From the IMG/VR virus record IMGVR_UViG_3300044632_001319: a stretch of DNA of 64,000 nt. The stretch is one strand, 5' to 3'. This DNA is from a virus. The first letter of the stretch is position 1. The number at the start of each line of letters is the position of its first letter. Positions 1 to 10,081 of this stretch are shown piece by piece. The position numbers and the translations under genes were made by a program. A model generated the notes under the pieces. The model made no database searches and had not been told where the DNA came from. It saw only the letters and a list, made by a program, of their open reading frames with translations.

Positions 1-203
1 TTACGAATGGCTCCCCATATATCATGGTCGTATGTAATGAATAATCTTCCAGGAAGAACAACATTCATGGGATAGCAGATTATTGGTGTTCCATTACCTT
101 GAGCAAGAACCACCTCATACATACCAGATATCTGTGGACCGCCCCTAGACAGAACGTCTTCTCTGAATTGAGTTATGGTTTCGCTTACTTTACTTGTTGC
201 CAT
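1..203 (-). CDS. Baseplate-tail tube initiator (gp54/gp19-like), runs off the window start
   Basis: Hand-translated ORF not in the track: MATSKVSETITQFREDVLSRGGPQISGMYEVV...NVVLPGR. The ATG overlaps the end of gp4. The 'I..F...GG...Y.V...LPG' pattern resembles tube-fold proteins, and the position next to gp4/gp48 is typical. Confidence 0.6.
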   Translation of the reverse strand, partial: MATSKVSETITQFREDVLSRGGPQISGMYEVVLAQGNGTPIICYPMNVVLPGRLFITYDHDIWGAIR

Positions 204-639
204 CGAATAGCTCTTTTTCTGTAAGTATTATAAACTTCCATGAATTAGATTCGCAAAACTGTTTTGCTGCTTCCCACTTACTGGTATTTATAGCATAAGT
301 AATATTTTCATTAATAAAAGATCTTTTTGATTTTCTTTTGCCCATTTCTGGTTTTTTTGTTTGTTTTGCTGGTTTGATCTCGACAATCATTGTTTCTACT
401 TCACCGCCTTTACTTCTTTTCTCGACAATAAAGTCTGGAATGTATTGGTGTACTAGATTGTCTACGGGTGATTTATAGGGTATACGAAGAGTCTCAAATG
501 ACCATCTTAGGATATTTACATTCTCGTCTAAGAATTTGCAAAATTTTCTTTCCCACAACGACCTACAGATAATATTATTTGGATCACCTATATATTTTGT
601 AGTATTCTTTGGTGTAAATCTAGTTTTGTAGGGCATCAA
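190..639 (-). CDS. gp4: Head completion nuclease (T4 gp4-like, TnsA-type endonuclease fold)
   Basis: KYIGDP..IICRSLWERKF, YIPDF, VEIKP..QT, KWEAA, F.ILTE motifs. Confidence 0.9.
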   Translation of the reverse strand: MMPYKTRFTPKNTTKYIGDPNNIICRSLWERKFCKFLDENVNILRWSFETLRIPYKSPVDNLVHQYIPDFIVEKRSKGGEVETMIVEIKPAKQTKKPEMGKRKSKRSFINENITYAINTSKWEAAKQFCESNSWKFIILTEKELFDGNK

Positions 640-657
640 AATATTTAGGAGAAAATA

Positions 658-1620
658 ATGCCAGGTTATGTATCAAACGTAGCATCGCTTCAAGAATCAA
701 CTGGAACATTTGTTTTTCCTAATGATGGAGAATTGGTCAGTAGCATACCATTATGGATGAAATTCTATTGTTTTGAGTATTCAAACACCGCACTCAATAG
801 GGTTGCTTCGTATTTAAGATCCCAGAATCTTGCAAATGTTCCTGGACTTTCAAATCTGAAAGCACAGATTTATGTTCCAGCACCAACAGCATACGAATCG
901 CTCACTTCTCTGCAATACAATCGGTCAGTAACTACTGCTGGTAATGCACTTCCTGGTCTATTAAACAAATTAGCAGACATGGCAAAGACATCCACGAATC
1001 CTTTTATAAAAGCAGTAGTAGATGGTGTGTCTCAGATTGCAGATGACGCAGAACAAACTGCAAAATTATTAGGAACAATTGCTGGTGGTGGATTTGGATA
1101 TGGTCAAGACATACCATTAGACTTAAACGATCTACAATTCGTCGGTGCTGGATCATATAGATCGTATGATATTAGATTATATTTGCCATGCTTATCCGTA
1201 GAGGATTCTATGAAAGCAGGAAAGATAATTAGATCATTTGAAGCACTGGCATTGCCTACAGCATTATCGGTGGGCGGTATTTTTGCAACTAGATATTTCC
1301 ACCCACCACTCTGGGTATTTGGAATTGGACCAGTTGATAGTATGAAGTTCGATCCTGACTGGACTGGATATCCACAATTGTGTGTGTTGCAATCCATTAA
1401 GGTAAGAAAGACCGCTGTAGATGCTAATTCAGTTTCTGCCTTCTATGATAATGCATCATTCAAACCCGTTGCATATTCAATAAGTTTACTATTCAGAGAA
1501 CTAGAACCAGCAATAAGAGTAGTCGGTCTTGGTGATCAGGTTGGAACCACCATAACAAATAGATCTGGTGCTATAATCGGAACTGGTACTAACATTGCAG
1601 CAAAGGTAACTGGACAGTAA
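658..1620 (+). CDS. gp48: Baseplate tail-tube cap (gp48-like)
   Basis: Divergent from gp4 and upstream of gp53. Has R.Y...L.L, F.PP.W, CVLQSI.V and P...ISL.F.ELEP motifs. Confidence 0.7.
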   Translation: MPGYVSNVASLQESTGTFVFPNDGELVSSIPLWMKFYCFEYSNTALNRVASYLRSQNLANVPGLSNLKAQIYVPAPTAYESLTSLQYNRSVTTAGNALPGLLNKLADMAKTSTNPFIKAVVDGVSQIADDAEQTAKLLGTIAGGGFGYGQDIPLDLNDLQFVGAGSYRSYDIRLYLPCLSVEDSMKAGKIIRSFEALALPTALSVGGIFATRYFHPPLWVFGIGPVDSMKFDPDWTGYPQLCVLQSIKVRKTAVDANSVSAFYDNASFKPVAYSISLLFRELEPAIRVVGLGDQVGTTITNRSGAIIGTGTNIAAKVTGQ

Positions 1621-1621
1621 T

Positions 1622-2569
1622 ATGCTTTTTAAGAATTATCCACAAATAACTTATCGTATAGGATCCAAAGATATAACATTAGTTGATATTTTTAAAAATA
1701 TAGCATTCACTAATGTAGAAAATAACAACGCATTTGATGATTACTACATTCAGGACGGAGAAAGTCCCGAAAATATATCTGCAAAGATTTATGGATCTAC
1801 ATCTTATGCTTGGATAATTTTACTAGTTAATAATATAGTGCATATCAAAAATGATTGGTTTATTAGTGCTTCAGAATTTGATCAGAGAACACAATCACAG
1901 TTGGGTGGAGATGCAATTTACATAGCAGCATTACCAGATATTCAACCTGGTGATATTATGGTTAAAGTTTTAACCGAAACTGATGGGTTTGCACAAACCG
2001 TGGATATTCAAAATTACAGACACGTTGCGGAATTTGATCGCAATCTTAGAAAAGTAAGAGGAATATCTGGTGCTGGTAATATAACACTAGGCAACTTAGT
2101 TGTTTTTGCAAGACTTAATGCAGATGGTTCTGTTGTTCCATTACAATTTAATAATCAAGCACAAACACCAACACCCACAGACTTCACAAATGTAATACAC
2201 ACAGAAAAGTACATAAACAGTGTTGATTATTTCATAACAGGAAACAACGTAGTTCTAAATCCATATTTGAATATTGGGTATCCTGGTCCTAGTGGAATTT
2301 CACCATCTACCACATTTGTTGATGCATCGGCAGGCATCTATATCAAAGACAATTTTGCGGATACCTTATTGTTCTACTATATGGATAACGAAGGTGTATT
2401 GCCATCAGGGGTATCGAAAGTATCCGTGGGTACAGAAAATTACAATAAATACATTGAGAACCAAAAAATTCGAATATTAAAACCAGAATTACTTTCTACT
2501 GTAATTTCTGCGATAGAGAATGCACTAAATGGTGACAACGTAGGAAAGATCTTTAAAGTTGAATTATAA
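1622..2569 (+). CDS. gp53: Baseplate wedge subunit (gp53-like, LysM-like motif)
   Basis: LFKNYP.I.Y start, YYIQDGESPENISAKIYGS..YAWIILLVNN, C-terminal N.KIRILKPE. Confidence 0.85.
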   Translation: MLFKNYPQITYRIGSKDITLVDIFKNIAFTNVENNNAFDDYYIQDGESPENISAKIYGSTSYAWIILLVNNIVHIKNDWFISASEFDQRTQSQLGGDAIYIAALPDIQPGDIMVKVLTETDGFAQTVDIQNYRHVAEFDRNLRKVRGISGAGNITLGNLVVFARLNADGSVVPLQFNNQAQTPTPTDFTNVIHTEKYINSVDYFITGNNVVLNPYLNIGYPGPSGISPSTTFVDASAGIYIKDNFADTLLFYYMDNEGVLPSGVSKVSVGTENYNKYIENQKIRILKPELLSTVISAIENALNGDNVGKIFKVEL

Positions 2570-5500
2570 TGGCTGACGATTTTAAAACATTAACAACAGT
2601 AAAAAACTCTCAACCAGCAACAGCATCACCTGGTGATGATTCTGTATCTTTTAATGGCAATCTAATTAAAACAACAGAATCAAGAATTCAAGAATTAACA
2701 ATAATCAAGGAAACCGATTCTGGATCTATAGATTTTAAGATTCTCCCATGGGACACAACGGTATCGGCAAGTTCGCCTTTATCATCGATTGGGTTTAAGG
2801 AATCATTATACAATGGTTGCATTTTCGGAAGCATAATTGTATTTGATATTAGAAATTGGATCGATGAATTGCTTTTCAATGGACAAGAGAAACTAAATAT
2901 CAAATTTAAAATAGGTAAGTCTGATAAGTTAATAGACATGACCTTTTTCATCTATGATGCGAAAAATATAACAGACTCTGCCAATCATCTGGAAACAATG
3001 CCAGGTAATGAGAAAGTCAGTCTTTGGGAACTTCAATTTGTGAGTTCCGAAATATTCTTACCAAACTACAACGAAACCCTAATACAAGACGACGAAGATT
3101 TCGTTGGTTACATTTCATCAAAAACTGATGAAAACAAATCACTAGTAAATGAAATATTTACAAAGTTCAATTTAAAGAAATACAAAGTCGATGATTCAAA
3201 GACTGGAGTTTGGTTAAAATTTGATCACGTTTCATATCCGTGGATGAAGCGAAAAGGTCAAATGAGAGTTCCACAGTTATTGAAATACCTTACAAACTAT
3301 GCATGGGACGGTGGTTCTGGTAAACTATACGCAGACTATTTCTGGTGGGAAGATAGAAATGGTTGGAGTTTTAGATCTGTCGGTAAGATGATTTCAGAAA
3401 ACTCAGAACCAGTAGATGGTTTTGCTGTTACCATTGACGAAACAAATCCAAATAGAATTTTTTCACTTCAAGTATTGAAAGAATATAATATTCAAAATTT
3501 ACTTGACAATGGTGCATTGTTCTCAAACTATACAAGAATAGACCCAAATTATAATAATCCATATTTGGATTTTATTGATACAAACGAATCATTGGTAACT
3601 GAAATAAATTATTACGATTACCATAAAGACTTTGAATTAACAACACTCATCGACAAATACAAACTAATACCTGATTCGTTTTCGACTGATCCGAAAACGA
3701 AAAATAGCAAGGCAAAACCATCTGCAAGGATGGACGATGACATCTATGGTTATTTTAATGAAAATTATCTGAATACACCAACACCCCAAGAATGGGATGT
3801 CTATGGTAAAACGCTCAGTGGTCCTTGGTCTACGAAAGCATGGCAACCTCAGTTTGATTCTACTGATTTAGAGTTTGATCAATTCAAGATAATACATGAA
3901 TCTATTCGCAAACCTCTAAAGATCAAAAGAGAGGAATATGCTAGAAAAAAGAATATAAAAAGAAAATGGGAAGTATATCGCTGCACGGTTTGCTGCCACG
4001 AACACGGTGCTTTAGGATCTACCGCAGATATTGCTCTATGGCAAAATCCTGGTCCACTAAACGGATCAACATATAATGCTTTGTTTGGTCCCACTGGAAT
4101 CTTTGCAGATATGGATCAATCATACAAGATTGCAGCAGCAGGATCTTTCACCGATCTAATCAACTACCAAGCAGGAAATACATTCTATGAAAGAGGACTC
4201 ACCTATTCATATGATTTGTCCAAGAGTCCATACAATCAATCTCTTGGACAATTTTTCAATCTTACAGGTCCAGAAGCACCATCTGCTTATGTCAAATATG
4301 TAATAAATCGTGCAACTAAACAATATGATATAATGATAACAAAGATAAACGAGAGAATTGCTGATCTGCAAGATTTCGTTTCAAATAGAGCACCACTTCA
4401 TAAAGAAATAGCAGACATAGTTTTTGAAAGTGTCTTGATTGATAAGAATTCTAATCTAACAAGACCTATAGATCTTTCGCAGGGATTCAAATATGTTGGC
4501 GATTCTATAGTTGGTGAAGTAGTTCCAGATTGGCCAATTAAACAACAAGAGTTTGGAATGGTTCCAGATACATCAATACCCACAGGCAAGGGTGTTGCTC
4601 AAGTTGTATTTGGTCAGCAAAATGCACAGAGAACAATTACATTTAAAGGACTTGAGGATTCTCAAGAAGATTATTGCGTTAGATGTAATGATCAAGGAAC
4701 TGGAATAGTCTGTGAACCAGTTACATATACACCACAAGGAAGACCAATTTGTTCTGGAGTTGTTTTGGGTGGTGGTTTAAACTGTGCAGATGTTAATATA
4801 ACAGTTGACGATTTAAATTGTAGACCACCAGCAGGAGAACCACGATACTGCTGCTTACGTCGCGATGCATCGCTTGCAGATCCTTTCAATCCTCAACCAT
4901 CTGTAAATTTTTGTACCGATCTTTTTGGATTACCACTGCCTGGAGAAGATCTTGATAATGAGTTTGCCTGTTACTCTTTTTTTGACCCCAGGTTCCGAGG
5001 ATCATTAGTTTCAGAATGCAGTATGTGTGCTCCATATAATCCAGATTTTGGTGGTGGTGGTTCGGGTGTTCGTGGACCCACTGGTCCACGTGGACCCACT
5101 GGACCAACTGGACCATCAGGATTGCCAACTGAGCAAGATGTACGATACATCTCACCACAATCATTCACAAATTGTTCGAACGATCCTGTTATAAGAGGTT
5201 ATATAAAATATACATCCTCAGCAAGTCAGCAATATAGTCCAATATATCTTTATGCAGCACCATATCTCTGGGATACAAATATAAAAGATTGGTCCTATAT
5301 TGATTATGGAACAGAAAGTGGTCTGATTCCATCCATAGTTGATTTTGAAATAAGACAAGAAACAATTAATTGTCTGCAATCTGGAAATTGCTACAACACA
5401 ACATGTTTAAGTTCGACAGCGATTGAAGTTCTTCGAAGAACTTGTGTTGCTGAAATACAAATACTTAAGGTAGAACTTAAACTATACGAGTATCTAAAAA

Positions 5501-7902
5501 ATAAGATTGTTGAAGAATATACATCAAAGTGGAACATAGCATATACCGAATGGTATAACAGAAATGCTTTCTTCTTCTCCAAACTACCAGGAAAATCAAT
5601 ATTCAAGTCTGAAGAAAAAGATACTGTTGGCACACCATTATCTCTCGACAATATCAAATCAATAACACGAAAAGAGATAAGAGGAAGCAGATACGAATTG
5701 TTATCTCGCTATGTTGGTATCACTGGTGCTTCTGCTGGAGAATGGTTACATTCAATATTCTTTGGTGGTAATAGTGGTTCAACATATCACCCATATTATG
5801 ATCAGGGTTATACTCGGGATGCTTATATAACATCTAGAGAACCACACGCATGGTTTAGTTTTGCGGATTCTGATGCCACGGACGATCCAACATTCTTTGT
5901 AGACAATAAACAATTTACAAATTATGGTCCAGTATATAAAGGCGAAGAATATGATGAATCTTCCGTTCTACACATAGGAACCAATGATTTATCAGATATT
6001 ACAAATATCGATAATAGAAGAATTAAAACCTATGGTAACGCACAATCCGATTTGAATACCGAAACCAATCTTTCAGATTTCAAAGATACATTTAATTTCT
6101 ACAATACGAATGGTAAAAAACCACCAAACCTAAAGAAAGAAGAAATATCTTCATATGTTCGCATAGAATTCCAAACCCCAATTGGTTTGGATAGAATTCG
6201 TGATTTTCCAAATGGGTTTATCAGAGATGCTGGTTCAGAGTATTTCTTACCATACATTGTAAATCTAACATCTGGTCCATTTGGAAGACAAGGTGTCAAA
6301 TATAATGTTGCGGTAATAGGAATGGATCCTTATGGGTTTGATGTTGCAGTCAAGAAGATAAAAGATGAACTGCCAACCAATCAAAAACTTTTAGGAATCG
6401 ATAAGGGTAATTATTATAATTGGTGGAACCACGATACAGGTTCTGTGTTGTCGAAGACCGATTATCTAACTTCAGATTACAATGGAATGGATCTCTGGCC
6501 AGAGGCAGGATTTGAAACAGATTATCCCTACTATGCATATGATGCATCACAAGAAGATCTACACGGTGGTGCATATGATTTAGATTATCATATGGGTGGT
6601 GGGTATTATTTCGAAAACGATTCACAAGATTGGATGGAATCGCTTCATCACTATGGTATGAGTTCGGGTAAGCAATTTGATCCACTTTACAGAACATCTG
6701 TTGTGGGATCATATATTCTACCAAACAGTTATAGAAAATTAAAACCACACAGATCTTGGTGGTCCTTGTTTGTTCCAAGAAATCTATTCATACCAATAAG
6801 ATTTGCAAATATGTTCAAAACTCCAAACACAAAGGCAAGAGATTTGTTTGGTGGAAAGGGAATATTTACAATTTCTCCAAACTATTGGAGAACCTGGTAT
6901 GGTAGCGAATTTGAAACTTGGTTAGAACTAGGAAAAGGAAATGCGATTAAAGATCTACTGGAAACCGAAGCACCAGATCTATCTTTCTTTGTAGATACCC
7001 CAGAAGACAAAACATCTATTTCTCCATACAACACAAATCTGAATGGATATTTTAGAGAATCGCTGATGCACTACCTTGCAGGAAATTATATTCTGTATAG
7101 ACCATCACTGGTATCCACTGAGTTGTGGAAATATGATTTAAGTGGTGAATCAGATTATGGTCTAATAACACCACCAGTTGATACTGAGTATGAAATGTTT
7201 GATCGCAATTTTGCACTACAGTTCACCGTATTTGCCAGAAACACTCGCAAATGTGAGGATATTGGTCTTAAGTGTGCAAACCCACAGGCACTACTCAAAG
7301 GACTGGTACAATCTGCGGGTGGTTGCACAGCAGACCCATATTGCAATTGTCCAGCAAAAGAGTTGATGCCAACTGAACAAGAACCCACATATCTTGAACT
7401 TCACAGATTATATCAAGAAATAAACGAATGTTCTCTTATAGAAGAAAATCTTGATTCTTCTTGGTTAGGTTGTGAATGGGCAGATCCAAATTCATCTTGC
7501 AGTTGCAACTGCCCAGAACAAGGAATTAATTTTAAGAAATACCTAGAATATAACAGAACATATTCTACTTTCTGGAATGTCCCAAATAAATTCCCACTGG
7601 TGAGAATTGCTCAACTTAGACAATTGGATTCTCAGAAAATTAAAATAAGAATAGCACCAAATGATAAGATTCAAATTGGTTCTATAGTCGAAATAATCAA
7701 CGAAAACGAATTGCCAGAAGAAACAGTGAACAAATATAAGAAGATATCAGGAAGATGGTTAGTCTCAGAGATAGATCATTTAATGCCAGGTACTATTGGT
7801 TACATAATGACCGTAACACTTGTAAGAAACAGTCTACATTATAATCCAAACGAATCTCAAGCACCAAAAGCAGTATTTGGTAAACAAGATAGAGAAGAAT
7901 AA
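2569..7902 (+). CDS. Giant baseplate hub-like protein (gp27/gpD-like termini) with large internal insertions
   Basis: N-terminal ES....G.I...D...LLFNGQE and YFWWEDRNGWSFRS; C-terminal IQIGSIVEI...KISGRWLVSEIDH...LVRNS, typical of hub proteins. Lies between gp53 and gp25. Confidence 0.6.
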   Translation: MADDFKTLTTVKNSQPATASPGDDSVSFNGNLIKTTESRIQELTIIKETDSGSIDFKILPWDTTVSASSPLSSIGFKESLYNGCIFGSIIVFDIRNWIDELLFNGQEKLNIKFKIGKSDKLIDMTFFIYDAKNITDSANHLETMPGNEKVSLWELQFVSSEIFLPNYNETLIQDDEDFVGYISSKTDENKSLVNEIFTKFNLKKYKVDDSKTGVWLKFDHVSYPWMKRKGQMRVPQLLKYLTNYAWDGGSGKLYADYFWWEDRNGWSFRSVGKMISENSEPVDGFAVTIDETNPNRIFSLQVLKEYNIQNLLDNGALFSNYTRIDPNYNNPYLDFIDTNESLVTEINYYDYHKDFELTTLIDKYKLIPDSFSTDPKTKNSKAKPSARMDDDIYGYFNENYLNTPTPQEWDVYGKTLSGPWSTKAWQPQFDSTDLEFDQFKIIHESIRKPLKIKREEYARKKNIKRKWEVYRCTVCCHEHGALGSTADIALWQNPGPLNGSTYNALFGPTGIFADMDQSYKIAAAGSFTDLINYQAGNTFYERGLTYSYDLSKSPYNQSLGQFFNLTGPEAPSAYVKYVINRATKQYDIMITKINERIADLQDFVSNRAPLHKEIADIVFESVLIDKNSNLTRPIDLSQGFKYVGDSIVGEVVPDWPIKQQEFGMVPDTSIPTGKGVAQVVFGQQNAQRTITFKGLEDSQEDYCVRCNDQGTGIVCEPVTYTPQGRPICSGVVLGGGLNCADVNITVDDLNCRPPAGEPRYCCLRRDASLADPFNPQPSVNFCTDLFGLPLPGEDLDNEFACYSFFDPRFRGSLVSECSMCAPYNPDFGGGGSGVRGPTGPRGPTGPTGPSGLPTEQDVRYISPQSFTNCSNDPVIRGYIKYTSSASQQYSPIYLYAAPYLWDTNIKDWSYIDYGTESGLIPSIVDFEIRQETINCLQSGNCYNTTCLSSTAIEVLRRTCVAEIQILKVELKLYEYLKNKIVEEYTSKWNIAYTEWYNRNAFFFSKLPGKSIFKSEEKDTVGTPLSLDNIKSITRKEIRGSRYELLSRYVGITGASAGEWLHSIFFGGNSGSTYHPYYDQGYTRDAYITSREPHAWFSFADSDATDDPTFFVDNKQFTNYGPVYKGEEYDESSVLHIGTNDLSDITNIDNRRIKTYGNAQSDLNTETNLSDFKDTFNFYNTNGKKPPNLKKEEISSYVRIEFQTPIGLDRIRDFPNGFIRDAGSEYFLPYIVNLTSGPFGRQGVKYNVAVIGMDPYGFDVAVKKIKDELPTNQKLLGIDKGNYYNWWNHDTGSVLSKTDYLTSDYNGMDLWPEAGFETDYPYYAYDASQEDLHGGAYDLDYHMGGGYYFENDSQDWMESLHHYGMSSGKQFDPLYRTSVVGSYILPNSYRKLKPHRSWWSLFVPRNLFIPIRFANMFKTPNTKARDLFGGKGIFTISPNYWRTWYGSEFETWLELGKGNAIKDLLETEAPDLSFFVDTPEDKTSISPYNTNLNGYFRESLMHYLAGNYILYRPSLVSTELWKYDLSGESDYGLITPPVDTEYEMFDRNFALQFTVFARNTRKCEDIGLKCANPQALLKGLVQSAGGCTADPYCNCPAKELMPTEQEPTYLELHRLYQEINECSLIEENLDSSWLGCEWADPNSSCSCNCPEQGINFKKYLEYNRTYSTFWNVPNKFPLVRIAQLRQLDSQKIKIRIAPNDKIQIGSIVEIINENELPEETVNKYKKISGRWLVSEIDHLMPGTIGYIMTVTLVRNSLHYNPNESQAPKAVFGKQDREE
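5071..5121 (+). repeat. Collagen-like GPT/GPR repeat encoded by a near-perfect 18-bp tandem duplication
   Basis: cgtggacccactggtcca cgtggacccactggacca encodes RGPTGPRGPTGPTGPSG. Confidence 0.85.
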
Positions 7903-7910
7903 ATAATAAT

Positions 7911-8306
7911 ATGCTAAAACGAAATATAAGTTACGCAGACATACCATTCTTCATCAGTAAAAATCCATTTACTGGGGATTTGAATTTGACCCGCGACTTG
8001 AACGCAATTCGTCAATCGATAAAGAATATCATCATGACGAATGTCGGAGAACGAGGGTTTGATTATAAATTTGGATGCAATATCTATGATTATTTGTTTG
8101 AAAATTTTACCATCGATATGGTTGTCAGGGTACAAGCAATAATTGCTGGTAATATTCAAAGATACGAAGGTAACAGAGTTGGGATAAATGATATCAAAAT
8201 TATTGATAATTCTCCTGCAAATGAAATAAATATAGTTGTGGATTATAATATTCCTGATGCTGGTATTTCTGACATAATCAACGTAAGCATAGCAAGGACC
8301 AGGTAA
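7911..8306 (+). CDS. gp25: Baseplate wedge subunit gp25
   Basis: NP.TGDL...D.NAIRQSIKNIIMTN.GER.F...FG. Confidence 0.92.
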   Translation: MLKRNISYADIPFFISKNPFTGDLNLTRDLNAIRQSIKNIIMTNVGERGFDYKFGCNIYDYLFENFTIDMVVRVQAIIAGNIQRYEGNRVGINDIKIIDNSPANEINIVVDYNIPDAGISDIINVSIARTR

Positions 8307-10081
8307 TGGCAAACACACCAACAACATTAGGAAATCTAGAATTCTCACAAATAAAAAATAGTCTAACTGACTATTTGAGAAATCAATCTACCTTTAGTGG
8401 ATATAATTTCGAAGGAAGTGCTATTCAAACCATAATAGATCTTCTTGCATATAACACATTCTACTATGCGTACTATGCAAACATGATCAATGCTGAGGCA
8501 TTTCTTGACAGTGCACAAAAAGAAGATTCCATAATTTCTCTATGCAAACCACTGGGGTATACTGTTCCTGCAAGAACCGCAGCAAGAGCAACAGTCACTG
8601 TAAATCAAGCAGCTGCATTTTCAGGCATAACTGCTGGAACATTGTTTGCATCCAAAGATGAAAATGGTGTTGCTTTTAACTTTTATAACTTAGACTATGT
8701 ACCACTAACCGATGGAACGAGTCAAGAAATTTCAATATACGAAGCATCAGCATATGTTAATTTTGATGCAATTCCCACCTTTGACTATGCAAATCAAAAA
8801 ATAACAATTGTCAGTGATGATTTCGATTTAAATTCCATTAAGGTCACTGTTACTGAGCAGATTGACGAATTAACACAACTTACCACGGATTGGGTCAGAC
8901 AACAAAATGTCGGATATGTTTCACAGATAAACGATAACATTTATTTTGTCGAGAGAACATCCACTGGATTTTCTATATTGTTTGGAACACCAAATTCTCT
9001 AGGAAGATCAATCGACACAACAATGAGTAGTGTTATTGTTCGGTATCTCAAGACGAACGGATCTTTAGGAAATGGTCTTTCATCATTTTCTTGCCCAGCA
9101 CTTTCTGGTTCTACAGTATTAACCGTATCTGCTTCACAAGGTGGTAGAAACAAACCAGATCTAGATTCAATTAGATTTGTTGCTCCAAAGTATTTTGCAT
9201 CACAAGAAAGAGCAGTCACCGTTAATGATTACAAGGCATTGCTTATCGAAGCAGGATATTTTGCAAATGATACAGAATTCAATGTGTTTGGTGGTCAAGA
9301 TTTAACTCCTGCAAGATTTGGAAGAGTTTTCATTACTACGAACAATCCACTAAGTGATTCTGTAATCGATGAATTGATTAATTTCCTAAAAGAAAGAAGT
9401 ATAGTTACGGTATTACCAGAATATGTTACTTCTAATACATTAAGAGTCGGTGTTGATTTGTTCTACAGTCTTGGTGCATCTACGCAAAACATTGCATCAA
9501 ATAGATTGCTAAGTACACAATATGTAACTGCACTGTTCAATCAATATTATGCTGCAAATAGAAAATATAATGTAAATTTCAGTGCTTCAGACTTCATAAC
9601 ATCTTTGCAGACAAATACAAATACAATTGTCAAGACTTTAAGAATATCCCCAGACAACTTTACCATATATGCAAACGAACCACTTGCTCCAGGTAAAGAT
9701 TACACATTTAATTTAAACAATGAACTACATCTTCCACTATCTTCGCCAACACCAGTAACTGATCAATTCAGTTCTGAATTGCCTGGAATATCAACTTCAA
9801 CTACTGGAAAGAAAGCAGTTCTGAAAATGTTTGCAACTACACTTGCAAATAAAAATAGTCAATTGAATCTACAGTTGTGGGCAGTAGATACGGATGGAAC
9901 AGAAACACAGGTATCTGGAACAACCTATGGAACTTTCATTGCCAACAAAGGTGTGATTATAATTCCATCTGGAGTTATAAATTCTCAAACAAATCTCAAG
10001 GCAGAATTCAAAAACAAAAGCGTTATTATAGGACTGAATAATCTAGTCACACTAACGGTAAACAACGTAACGGTAGTATAA
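8306..10081 (+). CDS. gp6: Baseplate wedge subunit gp6
   Basis: LEFSQIKNSL..YLR.Q..FSGYNFEGS....IIDLLAYNT.Y, E.FLDSA, SIRF.APK.FASQERAVT.NDY. Confidence 0.95.
   Translation: MANTPTTLGNLEFSQIKNSLTDYLRNQSTFSGYNFEGSAIQTIIDLLAYNTFYYAYYANMINAEAFLDSAQKEDSIISLCKPLGYTVPARTAARATVTVNQAAAFSGITAGTLFASKDENGVAFNFYNLDYVPLTDGTSQEISIYEASAYVNFDAIPTFDYANQKITIVSDDFDLNSIKVTVTEQIDELTQLTTDWVRQQNVGYVSQINDNIYFVERTSTGFSILFGTPNSLGRSIDTTMSSVIVRYLKTNGSLGNGLSSFSCPALSGSTVLTVSASQGGRNKPDLDSIRFVAPKYFASQERAVTVNDYKALLIEAGYFANDTEFNVFGGQDLTPARFGRVFITTNNPLSDSVIDELINFLKERSIVTVLPEYVTSNTLRVGVDLFYSLGASTQNIASNRLLSTQYVTALFNQYYAANRKYNVNFSASDFITSLQTNTNTIVKTLRISPDNFTIYANEPLAPGKDYTFNLNNELHLPLSSPTPVTDQFSSELPGISTSTTGKKAVLKMFATTLANKNSQLNLQLWAVDTDGTETQVSGTTYGTFIANKGVIIIPSGVINSQTNLKAEFKNKSVIIGLNNLVTLTVNNVTVV

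Noticed and set aside
190-639. TnsA-like transposase or mobile element
   Set aside because: Sequence and position match the T4 gp4 head-completion nuclease; no tnsB/tnsC or terminal repeats.
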